DNA from: Anaerolineae bacterium | Lineage (GTDB): Bacteria; Chloroflexota; Anaerolineae; B4-G1 | Length of the DNA stretch: 64,000 nt | Direction: 5' to 3' | Assembly (NCBI GenBank): GCA_046760785.1 | Contig: JBHIET010000003.1 | Location: 451 to 64,450 of the forward strand | In this document: piece by piece, positions 36,201-45,461 of the stretch | Position numbering within the stretch: position 1 is the first letter of the stretch | Layout: every line of letters starts with the position of its first letter | Program-made: the position numbers and the translations under genes | The notes under the pieces: generated by a model | The model's database searches: none | What the model was told of the DNA's origin: nothing | What the model saw: only the letters and a program-made list of their open reading frames with translations

Positions 36201-39200
36201 CTCATCTAGTACCTGCTCCACGTTGAGGCGGGCAGTGAGGGCCCGGCCCAGTTCGTTCAGCACGGCCAGTTCCTCAGCGCGGGCCTGCGTCTCTTCGAAC
36301 AGGCGGGCGTTCTGGATGGCAATGGCGGCCTGGTTGGCGAAGGCCATCAGAAGGTTCAAATCGGCCTGGTCGAACCCCCCTTGTTTGTCCATGGCCACCA
36401 GGGTGCCCATGACCTGGTCCTTGATGGTCAAGGGGGCTATGGCGGCGTTTTGGCCTCCCAGTTCCCCTGTGCGGAAAGGCTGCGAAGCTCGACTGTCATC
36501 CCGGAGCTGGTTAGATATGACTGGCTGGTTATGGAGGGTTACCCAGCCGGAGAGCGCACCTTCCAAGGGGTTACGAGAACCAAGGGCTTGGGCCTGGGAG
36601 CCATAAGCGGCGACCACCTCGTCCTCCTCGTTCTCCCAATCGACCAGATTAAGGATACCTCCATCGCTCTGGAGAAGGGTGCTGGCTTGCTGGGTGATGA
36701 GGTTGAGGAGCTCGTCGAGTTCCAGGGTGCCGGCCACGGCCCTGGTGGTCTCCTGTAGGGCGGTGAGTTGGGCCAGTCGGTTCTCGATGTCTTCAAAGAG
36801 GCGCGCATTCTGGAGAGCGATGGCGGCCTGGCTGGCGATGGCCATCAGCAGGTCCCGGTCGTGCTCGTCGTAGAGGCCAGGGGTGGTGTAACTCTGGACG
36901 GCCATCACCCCCAGCACCCGGCCGCCAATCATCAGCGGCACCCCCAGCCAGGAAAGAGCCGTCCGCCCGATCATCTCGATCCCCAATTCCTCCATTCGCT
37001 CGGGCAAGCTCTCTTCCATGAGCAGCGGCTGCCGGTTGCGGATAATGTATTCGGTGAGACCCTGGCCGGCACGCCGGGTGGTGTAGGGCCTGCGAAGCTC
37101 TCCCTCCAAGGTGTCAAGGGCAAAGGTGACCTCGTCCCTGTCCGGGTCGTAAAGGGCGATGTAGAAGTTCGCGGTGTCCACCAAGCGGGAGGCGCCCCGG
37201 TAGGCCTCATCCAGTACCTGCTCCACGTTGAGGCGGGCGGTGAGGGCCTGGCCCAGCTCGTTCAGCACGGCCAACTCCTCGGCACGGACGCGGGTCTCCT
37301 CGAACAGGCGGGCGTTCTGCAGGGCGATGGCCACCTGGCTGGCGATGGCGGTCAGCAGGTCCCGGTCGTGCTCGTCGTAGAGGCCAGGGGTGGTGTAACT
37401 CTGGACGGCCATCACCCCCAGCGCCCGGTCGCCGACCATCAGCGGCACCCCCAGCCACGATGGGGCCTCCTGCCCAACAGTTTCGATGCCCATCTCTGCC
37501 TCCCACTCAGATGCATCCTCCCCCAAGAGCACACTCGTGCGGTTGCGGATGATGTATCCGGTGAGGCCCTGGCTCGCGGACATGACGGTGATCTGGTCGT
37601 CAATCTCTGACTCGGAGACGCTGAAGGGAAAAGTAATCTCATCTTTTTCCGGGTCGTAGAGGCCGATGTAAAAGTTAGCGGTGTCCACCAGGCGGGAGGC
37701 CTGCCGGTAGGCCTCATCAAGCACCTGCTCTACGTTGAGGCGGGCGGTGAGGGCCTGGCCCAGTTCGTTCAGCACGGCCAGTTCCTCGGCGCGGGTGCGG
37801 GCCTCCTCGAACAGGCGAGCGTTCTCCAAAGCCGCACCGGCCTGACTGGCCAGTGACTGGAAGAGTGCTAAGTCGGTCTGGTCGAAGTCGTTAGGCCGGG
37901 CACTCTCCAGATCCAGCACGCCGATGACACGGTCCCTGACCTTGATGGGCACGCACAACTCGGCAAGAGTGTCCGGCAACTCCGGCATAAAGGCATAGCG
38001 CGGATCGTCGCGGACGTCGTTGACCAACACTGGCTCGCCAGCCCGCGCGGCCTCGGCGACCAGGCCAGCACCATACAGATCGAGGGACACTGTGCCGCGT
38101 TCGGGCCGGATATCGGAATCCCCGATGGTGCTTGCGTCTCGGAGGACTATCCGGTCTCCCTCTATCATCGCGATGTTGACGAAGTAGTAGCCGAAACGAT
38201 CTTTGACGTCGTTCACGATCTGGTGGAGTATCACGTCCGGGTCAAGCACAGAGGTCATAGCCCGTCCTACTTCGTTGATCGCCTCCACTTGCCGCGCCCG
38301 ACGGCGGGTCTCTTCGAACAGGCGGGCGTTCTGCAGGGCAATGGCCGCCTGGCTGGCGATGGCGGTCAGCAGGTCCTGGTCGTGCTCGTCGAAGGCATGG
38401 GGGGTGGTGTAGTCCTGGACGGCCATCGCCCCCAACACCCGCTCGCCGACGATCAGCGGCACCCCCAGCCAGGAAAGAGCGAGCTCCCCCACCAGTTCCA
38501 CCCCCATCTCCTCCAGCCGTTCGGGCAGACCCTCCTGGATGAGCACACTCGCGCGCTTCTGGATGATGTACCCCGCGAGGCCCTGGTCGGCGGGGATGGT
38601 GGTGTACTGCTGGTCTTCCTCCGACTCAGAGACGTCAAAGGCGAAGTTGATCTCCTCTTTCTCCGGATCGTAGAGGGCGACGTAGAAGTTGGGGGTACGC
38701 AACAGGCGGGAGGCCCCCCGGTAGGTCTCTTCCAGTACCTGGTCCACGTTGAGATGAGCAGTGAGGGCCTGGCCCAGTTCGTTCAGCACGGCCATCTCCT
38801 CGGCGCGGATGCGGGTCTCCTCGAACAGGCGGGCGTTCTGCAGGGCGATGGCGGCCTGGCTGGCGATGGCGGTCAGCAGGTCCCGGTCGTGCTCGTCGTA
38901 GAGGCCAGGGGTGGTGTAACTCTGGACGGCCATCACCCCCAGCACCCGGCCGCCAATCATCAGCGGCACCCCCAGCCAGGAAAGAGCCGTCCGCCCGATC
39001 ATCTCGATCCCCAATTCCTCCATTCGCTCGGGCAAGCTCTCTTCCATGAGCAGCGGCTGCCGGCTGTGGATGAGGTACTCGGTTAGGCCCTCCCCCGCCT
39101 GGCGCGATTCCCATCGAACTCTTTGTCCGCCCTCCATGGACAGTGGGAACGAAACGGCATTGCTCTCAGGGTCGTAGAGGGCGACGTAGAAGTTGGTGGT

Positions 39201-42200
39201 ATCCAGCAGGCGGGAGACGCCCCGGTAAACCTGGTCCACCACCTCATCCACACTGAGGTAGGTTGTGAGGGCCTGGCCCAGTTCGTTCAGCACGGCCAGT
39301 TCCTCGGCGCGGGTGCGGGCCTCCTCGAACAAGCGAGCGTTCTCCAGGGCCATAGCGACCTGATCGCTGACCGCTTCGACGAGGGCGATCTCTTCAGGGA
39401 ACCACTCTCGGGCGTTGTCGGTCTGCTGGATACCCAGAGACCCGATGACCTGGTCGTGCACCTTGAGCGGTATCGCCAGCACTGCCTCCGTCGCCCCTGG
39501 CTCGACGAGTGCGACGGTCTCGCCGCGCTCCAGAGCCATGTCGAGCGCTGGAGCCGGCGGCTCCTCGGCCGGCAAGACGTCAACGCGGTCGTAGACATAG
39601 CTCAGCGGGCGCTCTGCCGACACCAGCTCAGCCCAGGCGGCGGCGCTGTACTCGCCGTAGAGGCGACTCAGTTCGCGAACTTGGGCCTCCGTGCGCTCCA
39701 CCAGACGGGCGTTCTCTATAGCGACGGCCAGTTGATCGGCCATGGTCTGCAAGGTGATCACGTCCTCGTCAGAGAAGGCAGCCGGTTCGGTGGACTGGAC
39801 GTCCAGCGCGCCGATGACGCGGCCGCGGATCACCAGCGGGAGGGCCATTTCGGAGCGGGTGTCCGGCAGGTCGGGATTGTCGAAAAAGACGGCGTCCTCG
39901 CCCACGTCGAGGGCAACGCGGGGTTCACCTGCCGCCGCGACGTAGCCGACGATGCCGACCTCACCAACCTTCAGTTTATGGCCCCGCTCCAGCATGCGCC
40001 GTCCGCCCTCGGAGAAGGCAGCGCGCAGGACGGCGTACTCGCCCCGCTCGTCCACCAGGAAGATGCCAGCGTGGTAGAAGCCGAATCTATCGGAGACGAG
40101 GCGCACCGTTTCATCGAGGAGTTGTTGTACGTCGAGGATAGCGGTGGCCTCGCGAGCCACCTCGGCTGCCGCCTGGAGCTGCGTAGTCCGGCGCTCCAGA
40201 CCAGCCGCGCGTCGTTCTAACTCCTCGTGCGCTCTTTGCAGTGCCTCCTCCGCCCGTTTGAGATCAGTGATGTCGGTATGAATCCCGACGATTCTCGCCG
40301 CTCTCCCCTCCTCATCTCTTTCGACGCACTTGCCTCTGGAAAGAATGTGACGCCACGTGCCATCCTTTGCCTTTAGGCGTATTTCAACCGCATAATCGTC
40401 GTGGCCCGGTTGGTTAAGCGCGTTATAGTTCTTCTCAAAGTTATTGAAGTCATCGGGATGCACCAGGCCGTTGAAGAAATCGAACGCATCGGCGGGGGCC
40501 AGCGGTTCATAGCCCAGCATGGTGAACATGCTATCGCTGAAGAAATCCCTTTTGTGATCGAGGCTATTTTCCCACAAGCCGTCCCTGGCAGCTTCAATAG
40601 CGAGTCGAAAACGCTCCTCGCTCTCCCGCAGCGCCTCCTCCGCCCGCTTGCGCTCGGCCAGTTCTTGCTGAATCGTCTCGTACAACCGCGCGTTCTCGAT
40701 GGCTGTGGCTGCCTGATTAGCGAAGGCTATCAGGAGGTCCAAATCGGCCTGGTCGAAGTCCACTCGCTTGTCCATGACCACCAGAGTGCCCATGACCTGG
40801 TCCTTGATGGTCAAGGGGGCTATGGCAGCGTTTTGGTTTTGCTCTCTCCCTGAACGCCAACGCGGGTCCACGCGGTCGTCGTCTCGAAGTTGGTTGGATA
40901 TGACGGGCTGGTTATGGAGGGTTACCCAGCCGGAGAGGCTGCCTTCCAGGGGGGAACGAAAACCAAGCGTGTGGCCCTGGGAGCCGCTAGCGGCGATCAC
41001 CTCCTCCTCCCTGTTCTCCCAATCCACCAGGTTGATGATACCCCCACCGCCTTGCAGTAGGGTGGCGGCTTGCTGGGTGATGAGGTTGAGGAGTTTGTCG
41101 AGTTCCAGGGTGCTGGCCACGGCCCTGGTGGTCTCTTGTAGGGCAGTGAGTTGGGCCAGTCGGCTCCTGGTATCTTCGAACAGGCGCGCGTTCTCCGTAG
41201 CCCGGGCAACCTGATCGGCGATCGTCTCCAACGTAGTGACGTCAGCTTCAGTGAAGACGTTGGGGCGGTCGCTGTCCACCGCCAAGACTCCTATCGTCTT
41301 GTCACCCAGCCTGATGGGGACGTCTAGTTCAGCGGCGATGTCCAAGAACTCCAAGGGCAGAAATCGAGGTTCCTTCGTAACGTCATTGGCCAGTAGTGTC
41401 TCCCCGGTCTGCGCTACCCAACCCACCATCCCTTCCCCTATCTTCTGAGTGTACCCCGAGGGTATCAATTCCGTTTGGAAGCCGGCAATGGCTTCCAAGG
41501 CGGCCTCCTGGTCCCGTACTGAGAAGATGGCCACATACTGATAGCCAACCTTCTCCTGAACGGCTTCGACTACTGTTTGGTAAAGCTCGGTCAAGTCCAA
41601 GATAGGGGTGATTCGCTGTCCCACCTCGTTGATTAGAGCGAGTCGCTCCGACCGGTGCCTGATCTCCTCCTCCACCGTCTTGCGCTCGGTGATGTCGCGA
41701 TAAATGCCATAAAGCGCCACCTGCTCGCCATCAACTTCAACTGGCATCCCAAGAATTGACACACTGACCAACGTTCCATCCTTGCGCCGACGCACGGTCT
41801 CAAAGGTAGTTCTCTCACCCCTGGCCACCTGCTTCGTGATCGAGGCAGCTTCCTCGCGTAGATCGTCCGGCGCGAGCAGCTCGTCTATGGACTGACCAAG
41901 CACTTCATCAAGCGTGTACCCGAACGTCCCGGCGAATTCGTTATTCGCACGTAATATTCGAGCATCAGTGTCAACCAGTACCATCGCCTCCGGGGCGCCC
42001 TCAAATAGCTGCTCAAGGTAGGCCTTCTCGACTCGCAGTGCATCCTGCACCCGCTTGCGCTCGGTGATTTCTCTCTGAGCCCGGTCGTAGAGCCAAGCAG
42101 TTTCGATGGCAGTGGCTGCTGGTGCCGCCAGCGAGGTCAGTAGCCGCAAGTCCTCCTCGTCAAAGGCACCGCTCTCCTTGTTCATCACCTCGATAGCGCC

Positions 42201-43064
42201 GATCGTTTGCCCTTTAGTTTGCAAGGGAACGCACAGAACCGAGCGGGTGGTCAAGCCACTCTCTCTATCAAAGTCACCAAAGAAGCGGGTGTCCTTCGAC
42301 ACGTCTGGCACAATCACCGCTTCGCTGTGCTGGACAACCCAACCTGCAATCCCCTGCCCCGGCGCCAACCGCGCACCCCGTACAAAATCCGAACCCTCGC
42401 CGGAGGTCGCAGCGAACCACAGATCACCCCTGTCCTGGTCAAGAAGGGCCACCGAGGCTGCCGCCACGCCCAGCAACCGGATCGTGTGTTCGGTGATGAC
42501 GGTCAGCGTCTCCTGCAAGTCCAGAGCGGAGATGAGGGCCTGGCCAACCCTGTTCAGAGCGGCCAGTTCACGGTTGAGTTTAATACTTACGGCCTCCGTC
42601 TCCTTGCGCTCGGTGATGTCAATGAAGCTTTCGAGCAGATGCTCGCGACCGTCCAGCATAACAGAAGCCACCGTCTTGAGGATCGGCACACTCCTACCAT
42701 CGGCATTCAGTAACACACGCTCTGAGTTGTCTACGGTCTGTCCAAGATCGGTAATAGGGCAGCGTCCCTTCTCCGCCGGGCAAATGTAGTGATGACACAC
42801 AGAACCAATAACCTGTTCTGGGGGAGCACCGATCATCTCGATAGCGGCGGGGTTGACATCAACGATTTCGTGGGTCTGCGCATCAATCACCACAATGCCA
42901 CTCGGTGTGGAGTCCAACAGGGTCCTCAGACGCTCCTCGCTCTCCCGCAACGTCTCCTCTACCCGCTTGGGCTGCTTTTCTGGCCCCTGCAATTTGGCCA
43001 CTTGTTGGCGCAGCTTCTGCAGTTCCTCGATCAGTTGCGCTTTGGTCTTTCTTTGATCGTTCAT
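33225..43064 (-). CDS. giant hybrid sensor histidine kinase (3279 aa): coiled coil, 3 PAS-like, ~14 GAF-like modules, HisKA, HATPase, 2 REC
   Basis: Single uninterrupted ORF. 14 modules end in …(E/Q)NARL(F/Y/V)… or a variant. H-box FLANMSHELRTPLNSIIGF. HATPase (…NAEKFT…, DSGIGI, GTGLGLSI). REC1 LDVMMPGKDG and REC2 LDLIMPEVDG. ATG at 43064 preferred over TTG at 43076. Confidence 0.9.
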   Translation of the reverse strand: MNDQRKTKAQLIEELQKLRQQVAKLQGPEKQPKRVEETLRESEERLRTLLDSTPSGIVVIDAQTHEIVDVNPAAIEMIGAPPEQVIGSVCHHYICPAEKGRCPITDLGQTVDNSERVLLNADGRSVPILKTVASVMLDGREHLLESFIDITERKETEAVSIKLNRELAALNRVGQALISALDLQETLTVITEHTIRLLGVAAASVALLDQDRGDLWFAATSGEGSDFVRGARLAPGQGIAGWVVQHSEAVIVPDVSKDTRFFGDFDRESGLTTRSVLCVPLQTKGQTIGAIEVMNKESGAFDEEDLRLLTSLAAPAATAIETAWLYDRAQREITERKRVQDALRVEKAYLEQLFEGAPEAMVLVDTDARILRANNEFAGTFGYTLDEVLGQSIDELLAPDDLREEAASITKQVARGERTTFETVRRRKDGTLVSVSILGMPVEVDGEQVALYGIYRDITERKTVEEEIRHRSERLALINEVGQRITPILDLTELYQTVVEAVQEKVGYQYVAIFSVRDQEAALEAIAGFQTELIPSGYTQKIGEGMVGWVAQTGETLLANDVTKEPRFLPLEFLDIAAELDVPIRLGDKTIGVLAVDSDRPNVFTEADVTTLETIADQVARATENARLFEDTRSRLAQLTALQETTRAVASTLELDKLLNLITQQAATLLQGGGGIINLVDWENREEEVIAASGSQGHTLGFRSPLEGSLSGWVTLHNQPVISNQLRDDDRVDPRWRSGREQNQNAAIAPLTIKDQVMGTLVVMDKRVDFDQADLDLLIAFANQAATAIENARLYETIQQELAERKRAEEALRESEERFRLAIEAARDGLWENSLDHKRDFFSDSMFTMLGYEPLAPADAFDFFNGLVHPDDFNNFEKNYNALNQPGHDDYAVEIRLKAKDGTWRHILSRGKCVERDEEGRAARIVGIHTDITDLKRAEEALQRAHEELERRAAGLERRTTQLQAAAEVAREATAILDVQQLLDETVRLVSDRFGFYHAGIFLVDERGEYAVLRAAFSEGGRRMLERGHKLKVGEVGIVGYVAAAGEPRVALDVGEDAVFFDNPDLPDTRSEMALPLVIRGRVIGALDVQSTEPAAFSDEDVITLQTMADQLAVAIENARLVERTEAQVRELSRLYGEYSAAAWAELVSAERPLSYVYDRVDVLPAEEPPAPALDMALERGETVALVEPGATEAVLAIPLKVHDQVIGSLGIQQTDNAREWFPEEIALVEAVSDQVAMALENARLFEEARTRAEELAVLNELGQALTTYLSVDEVVDQVYRGVSRLLDTTNFYVALYDPESNAVSFPLSMEGGQRVRWESRQAGEGLTEYLIHSRQPLLMEESLPERMEELGIEMIGRTALSWLGVPLMIGGRVLGVMAVQSYTTPGLYDEHDRDLLTAIASQAAIALQNARLFEETRIRAEEMAVLNELGQALTAHLNVDQVLEETYRGASRLLRTPNFYVALYDPEKEEINFAFDVSESEEDQQYTTIPADQGLAGYIIQKRASVLIQEGLPERLEEMGVELVGELALSWLGVPLIVGERVLGAMAVQDYTTPHAFDEHDQDLLTAIASQAAIALQNARLFEETRRRARQVEAINEVGRAMTSVLDPDVILHQIVNDVKDRFGYYFVNIAMIEGDRIVLRDASTIGDSDIRPERGTVSLDLYGAGLVAEAARAGEPVLVNDVRDDPRYAFMPELPDTLAELCVPIKVRDRVIGVLDLESARPNDFDQTDLALFQSLASQAGAALENARLFEEARTRAEELAVLNELGQALTARLNVEQVLDEAYRQASRLVDTANFYIGLYDPEKDEITFPFSVSESEIDDQITVMSASQGLTGYIIRNRTSVLLGEDASEWEAEMGIETVGQEAPSWLGVPLMVGDRALGVMAVQSYTTPGLYDEHDRDLLTAIASQVAIALQNARLFEETRVRAEELAVLNELGQALTARLNVEQVLDEAYRGASRLVDTANFYIALYDPDRDEVTFALDTLEGELRRPYTTRRAGQGLTEYIIRNRQPLLMEESLPERMEELGIEMIGRTALSWLGVPLMIGGRVLGVMAVQSYTTPGLYDEHDRDLLMAIASQAAIALQNARLFEDIENRLAQLTALQETTRAVAGTLELDELLNLITQQASTLLQSDGGILNLVDWENEEDEVVAAYGSQAQALGSRNPLEGALSGWVTLHNQPVISNQLRDDSRASQPFRTGELGGQNAAIAPLTIKDQVMGTLVAMDKQGGFDQADLNLLMAFANQAAIAIQNARLFEETQARAEELAVLNELGRALTARLNVEQVLDEAYRQASRLVDTTNFFIALYDPERHELTFDFQITESEIDKETLTVMSADEGVSGYIVRNRTSVLTQENVAEQLEEMGVEMVGEPALSWLGVPLMVGDQVLGVMAVQSYTTPGLYDEHDRDLLTAIASQAAIALQNARLFEETQRRATQLATAAEVARDATAILDVDQLLDEAVHRISERFGFYHAGVFLLDERDRYAVLQAASSEGGRRMLERGHRLRVGEVGIVGYVAGTGEPRIALDVGQDAVFFNNPDLPDTRSEMALPLKVRERVIGVLDVQSTEEGAFSEEDVAVLQTMADQLATAIANARLFQDARADAMRRALINEMLQTAAASLDPEELLHRAGEVISHRLEVPSAVFTWEPEEKVLHLVAVHAADATDVPLPEGLEQVTREMNPVLFEAVMGRRTRILETTADLSGPLADVARRAQAQSAIYVPLVSRNQVLGVLDLSTLKGQPLVEAAFAELVAANLSVALENARLFQDAVHTAERLAEVDRLKSQFLANMSHELRTPLNSIIGFSRVILKEIDGPLTDMQRTDLQAVYDSGQHLLRLINDILDISKIEAGKMELSFEAVDLKEAIEGVMATAIALVKDKPIELQQSIPEDLPKVRGDERRIRQVLLNLVSNAEKFTEAGFIRVEAEASSTEVTISVADSGIGIAPEKLDSIFDPFIQVDASTTRRAGGTGLGLSITREFVEMHGGRIWVESGLGKGSTFYFTLPIKGPPLPSEEVEVEQPEPEPGQKVVLCVEDDEGVITLFRRYLSKQGYQVIGLTDSTVAVERARKLRPFAITLDVMMPGKDGWQVIQELKSDPETRHIPVILCTILSEKERGLSLGASDYLIKPILEEDLVAALDHLDREAGRHLVLVVDDQPEDRNLLRRMIEACEGYEVMEAAGGQEAITLIRQTQPHIIILDLIMPEVDGFAVLEAVKADETTRSIPIVVVTAKDLSQEERDFLTSRVEALLQKGLFEQGELLVDVAAALKRFSREGSAQDDETG
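36817..37035. repeat. intragenic repeat copy 1 (219 bp; last 190 bp identical to copy 2)
   Basis: 36846-37035 matches 38874-39063 base for base by direct comparison. The preceding 29 bp differ at 3 positions. Confidence 0.9.
38845..39063. repeat. intragenic repeat copy 2
   Basis: See copy 1. Encodes the same …ESLPERMEELGIEMIGRTALSWLGVPLMIGGRVLGVMAVQSYTTPGLYDEHDRDLL… segment. Confidence 0.9.
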
Positions 43065-43122
43065 CTCGACCCCCAAGAATCCAAGATTGGGAGATTTAGG
43101 ATTGGTGGATTTATCTCGTGTA

Positions 43123-43171
43123 CCATTTGACGTCTGTCATTTGATATTTGACATTTGTCACTTGTCATTTG
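43123..43171. repeat. 7 degenerate heptamers (NNaTTTG) spanning the stop codon of the 43158 gene and the intergenic spacer
   Basis: ccatttg acgtctg tcatttg atatttg acatttg tcacttg tcatttg. The adjacent 43080-43111 region shows GATT at 7-8 nt spacing. Confidence 0.8.
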
Positions 43172-45413
43172 ATCGTGTACCTGTGCCCAGCCGTATAAAT
43201 GCCCGGTCGGTACCGAGAGCCGCACCCAGTTCCCGCACAGCGGTCTGCAGAATGCTCTCCAAATCCATAGAAGCACGCACTCGCGTGGTGATGTCGCCGA
43301 TGAGCCGCTCCTGCTCCGCTCGCTGTCGGGTCTCCTCCAGCAAGCGAGCGTTCTCTAACGCCAGCCCAACCTGAATGCTCACTTGCTCCACCAGCGCGAT
43401 CTCGTCGGGGGACCAGGGCTCCGCCTCGGGGTCCTGCCGCAAGACGATGGAACCAAGGGTCTGCCCGCGCAAGCGGATGGGGGCGATCAGTTGGCGGCCG
43501 TCCTCCTCCTGTATAACGACCGGCCGGCGATGAAGCGGCAGAGCCTCCATCTCCACTGTGAGGGAGGGAGGAGCGGAGTCCACTCCCACGCCGGTGTAGT
43601 GGTAGGCGGCTGGTTGGCGGGTCGCCCGCTCCCGCCAGGCCTCGCGTGCCTGCCGTCCATAGAGGGTTTCCAGTTCCCGCAGCGCCCGCTGGCTTTCCTC
43701 CAGCAGGCGGGCGTTCTCGATGGCCAGCGCCAACTGATCCGCCATCGTCTCTAGGATCGCTACGTCCTCGTCGGAGAAGGCTCGTTGTTCTGCGGACTGC
43801 ACGTCCAGCACTCCGATCACCCGCTCCCGTACTTTCAGCGGCAACCCCATCTCCGAGCGGGTGTCGGGCAGGTCGGGGTTATCGAAGAACACGGCGTCGG
43901 CACCCACGTCCAGCGCGATGCGGGGCTCTCCCATCCCCGCCGCGTATCCCACGATCCCCACCGCGCCCACCTTCAACTTGTGGCCCCGCGCCAGCATCCG
44001 CTGCCCGCCTTCCGACGAGGCGGCCCGCAGCACCGCGTACTCTCTCGCCTCGTCCAGCAGGAAAATGCCAGTGTGGTAGAAGCCGAAGCGATCGGAGATG
44101 AGGCGGGCAGTGGCGTTCAAGAGTTGCCCGACGTCACGGATGGCGGCAGCTTCGCGGGCGACCTGGGCCGCGGCCTCCATGTGGACGGAACGCCGCTCCA
44201 AGTCCGCCGTGCGCTCGGCCACCCGCTGCTCCAGGCTGCCGATCAGCCCGCGCAACTGGGCCGTCATGCTGTTGAAGGCCTGCGCCAACGCCCCGATCTC
44301 GTCCCTGCGCTCTACTTTGGCGACACGTTCCAGGTCACCGGCCGTGATCTGCGCGGCCGTTTCCGCCAGCTCGCCCAGCGGGGTGGCGATGCTGCGGGTG
44401 ACGAACAACGAAGCAACCACAGCAACTAGCACGGCGACCACCGCCACGCCTCCGATGGCACCCAGCATCACATACACTCCGCCAAAGGCCTCCGCCTGGT
44501 CTTGCTCGGCCAGCAGCGCCACCTGGAATTCCGGCAGCCAGTGATAGACCCCGATCACACGCTCGCCACGATAGTCCTCGTACATCCCGGAACCGTCGCT
44601 GTGGTCCTCTATCGCCGCATCGGCCCCCTGGGTGCGTACATAGGTCCCTTCCTCACCGAAGCGCGACTCGGTCAGCAGGGTATGGCTCAGGTCAACCAGG
44701 TAGGTCTTACCTGTCTCGCCCAACCCCGTTCGTTCTCCCATAATCTCGTTCAACCTGGCCGTGTTGGCACAACCAGCCAGGACGCCCAACACCTGCCCCT
44801 CTTCGTCAACCACCGGGTGGACGGCGAACACCGCCGTCCGGCCCAGTGACGAAGAGTAGAACGGCGGCTGCACGGAGGACTCTTTTAACCCTTCCTGGAA
44901 ATAGGTCTGGTCGCTGTGAATCGTGTCCTCCTGTGTGGCATCGCTGGACACGACCGCCTGTCCCTGGAGATCTAGCAAGAGCAGTTCTTCAAACAACCCC
45001 GTCTCGCTAATATGTAACTGGAAACGCCTCTGCAATTCATCACGCATGCCCCGGTAAAGCGTGATATCAGACGCTCGCAACACAGTACGCAAAAACAATG
45101 TCGTACCCTCTTCAGCTAACACATCGTTCAGATCGGTTTGCAAGCTGGATATCCAGGCCTTGCTCTCAGTCTCTTTGAACATGGCCACCAACTCAATCTG
45201 ACTGATCAATCGCTGCCGCACACTTTGCAGGCCCAAGATGCCTGCGGCGACGCCGGTGGCAAGCGCCGGTATCAGGACCATCGTCACGAAAGCGATGAGC
45301 AAGCGGGCGCGGATAGTACTGAGGGAAAGGGCGTGCAGGAATTGCCAGACGCTTCGCCCGCCGCGCCCGACCGAATCTGGCTCGCTAAGTGAATGGGAGT
45401 TGAGACTGGTCAT
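43158..45413 (-). CDS. kinase-less sensor paralogue 1: TM, dCache-like periplasmic domain, TM, HAMP, GAF, linker, partial GAF, C-terminal truncated GAF-like module
   Basis: 751 aa. HAMP …RSIATPLGELAETAAQITAGDLER…FNSMTAQL…. GAF of the DRFGFYHTGIFL…LPDTRSEMGLPL type. No H-box or HATPase. Confidence 0.85.
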   Translation of the reverse strand: MTSLNSHSLSEPDSVGRGGRSVWQFLHALSLSTIRARLLIAFVTMVLIPALATGVAAGILGLQSVRQRLISQIELVAMFKETESKAWISSLQTDLNDVLAEEGTTLFLRTVLRASDITLYRGMRDELQRRFQLHISETGLFEELLLLDLQGQAVVSSDATQEDTIHSDQTYFQEGLKESSVQPPFYSSSLGRTAVFAVHPVVDEEGQVLGVLAGCANTARLNEIMGERTGLGETGKTYLVDLSHTLLTESRFGEEGTYVRTQGADAAIEDHSDGSGMYEDYRGERVIGVYHWLPEFQVALLAEQDQAEAFGGVYVMLGAIGGVAVVAVLVAVVASLFVTRSIATPLGELAETAAQITAGDLERVAKVERRDEIGALAQAFNSMTAQLRGLIGSLEQRVAERTADLERRSVHMEAAAQVAREAAAIRDVGQLLNATARLISDRFGFYHTGIFLLDEAREYAVLRAASSEGGQRMLARGHKLKVGAVGIVGYAAGMGEPRIALDVGADAVFFDNPDLPDTRSEMGLPLKVRERVIGVLDVQSAEQRAFSDEDVAILETMADQLALAIENARLLEESQRALRELETLYGRQAREAWRERATRQPAAYHYTGVGVDSAPPSLTVEMEALPLHRRPVVIQEEDGRQLIAPIRLRGQTLGSIVLRQDPEAEPWSPDEIALVEQVSIQVGLALENARLLEETRQRAEQERLIGDITTRVRASMDLESILQTAVRELGAALGTDRAFIRLGTGTRSNDK

Positions 45414-45461
45414 AACAAGTTCTCCAAGACAGGCAGGCGCAAGAACTGCCCCTACCCCAAA

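Noticed and set aside
34695-40220. Series of 150-370-aa plus-strand ORFs inside the giant kinase gene (for example 34695-35555, 36768-37610, 38223-39086, 39123-40220)
   Set aside because: All lie antisense to the 9.8-kb ORF and are rich in G/R/H/Q/L runs. They simply repeat because the sense strand is repetitive. No independent start or RBS context.
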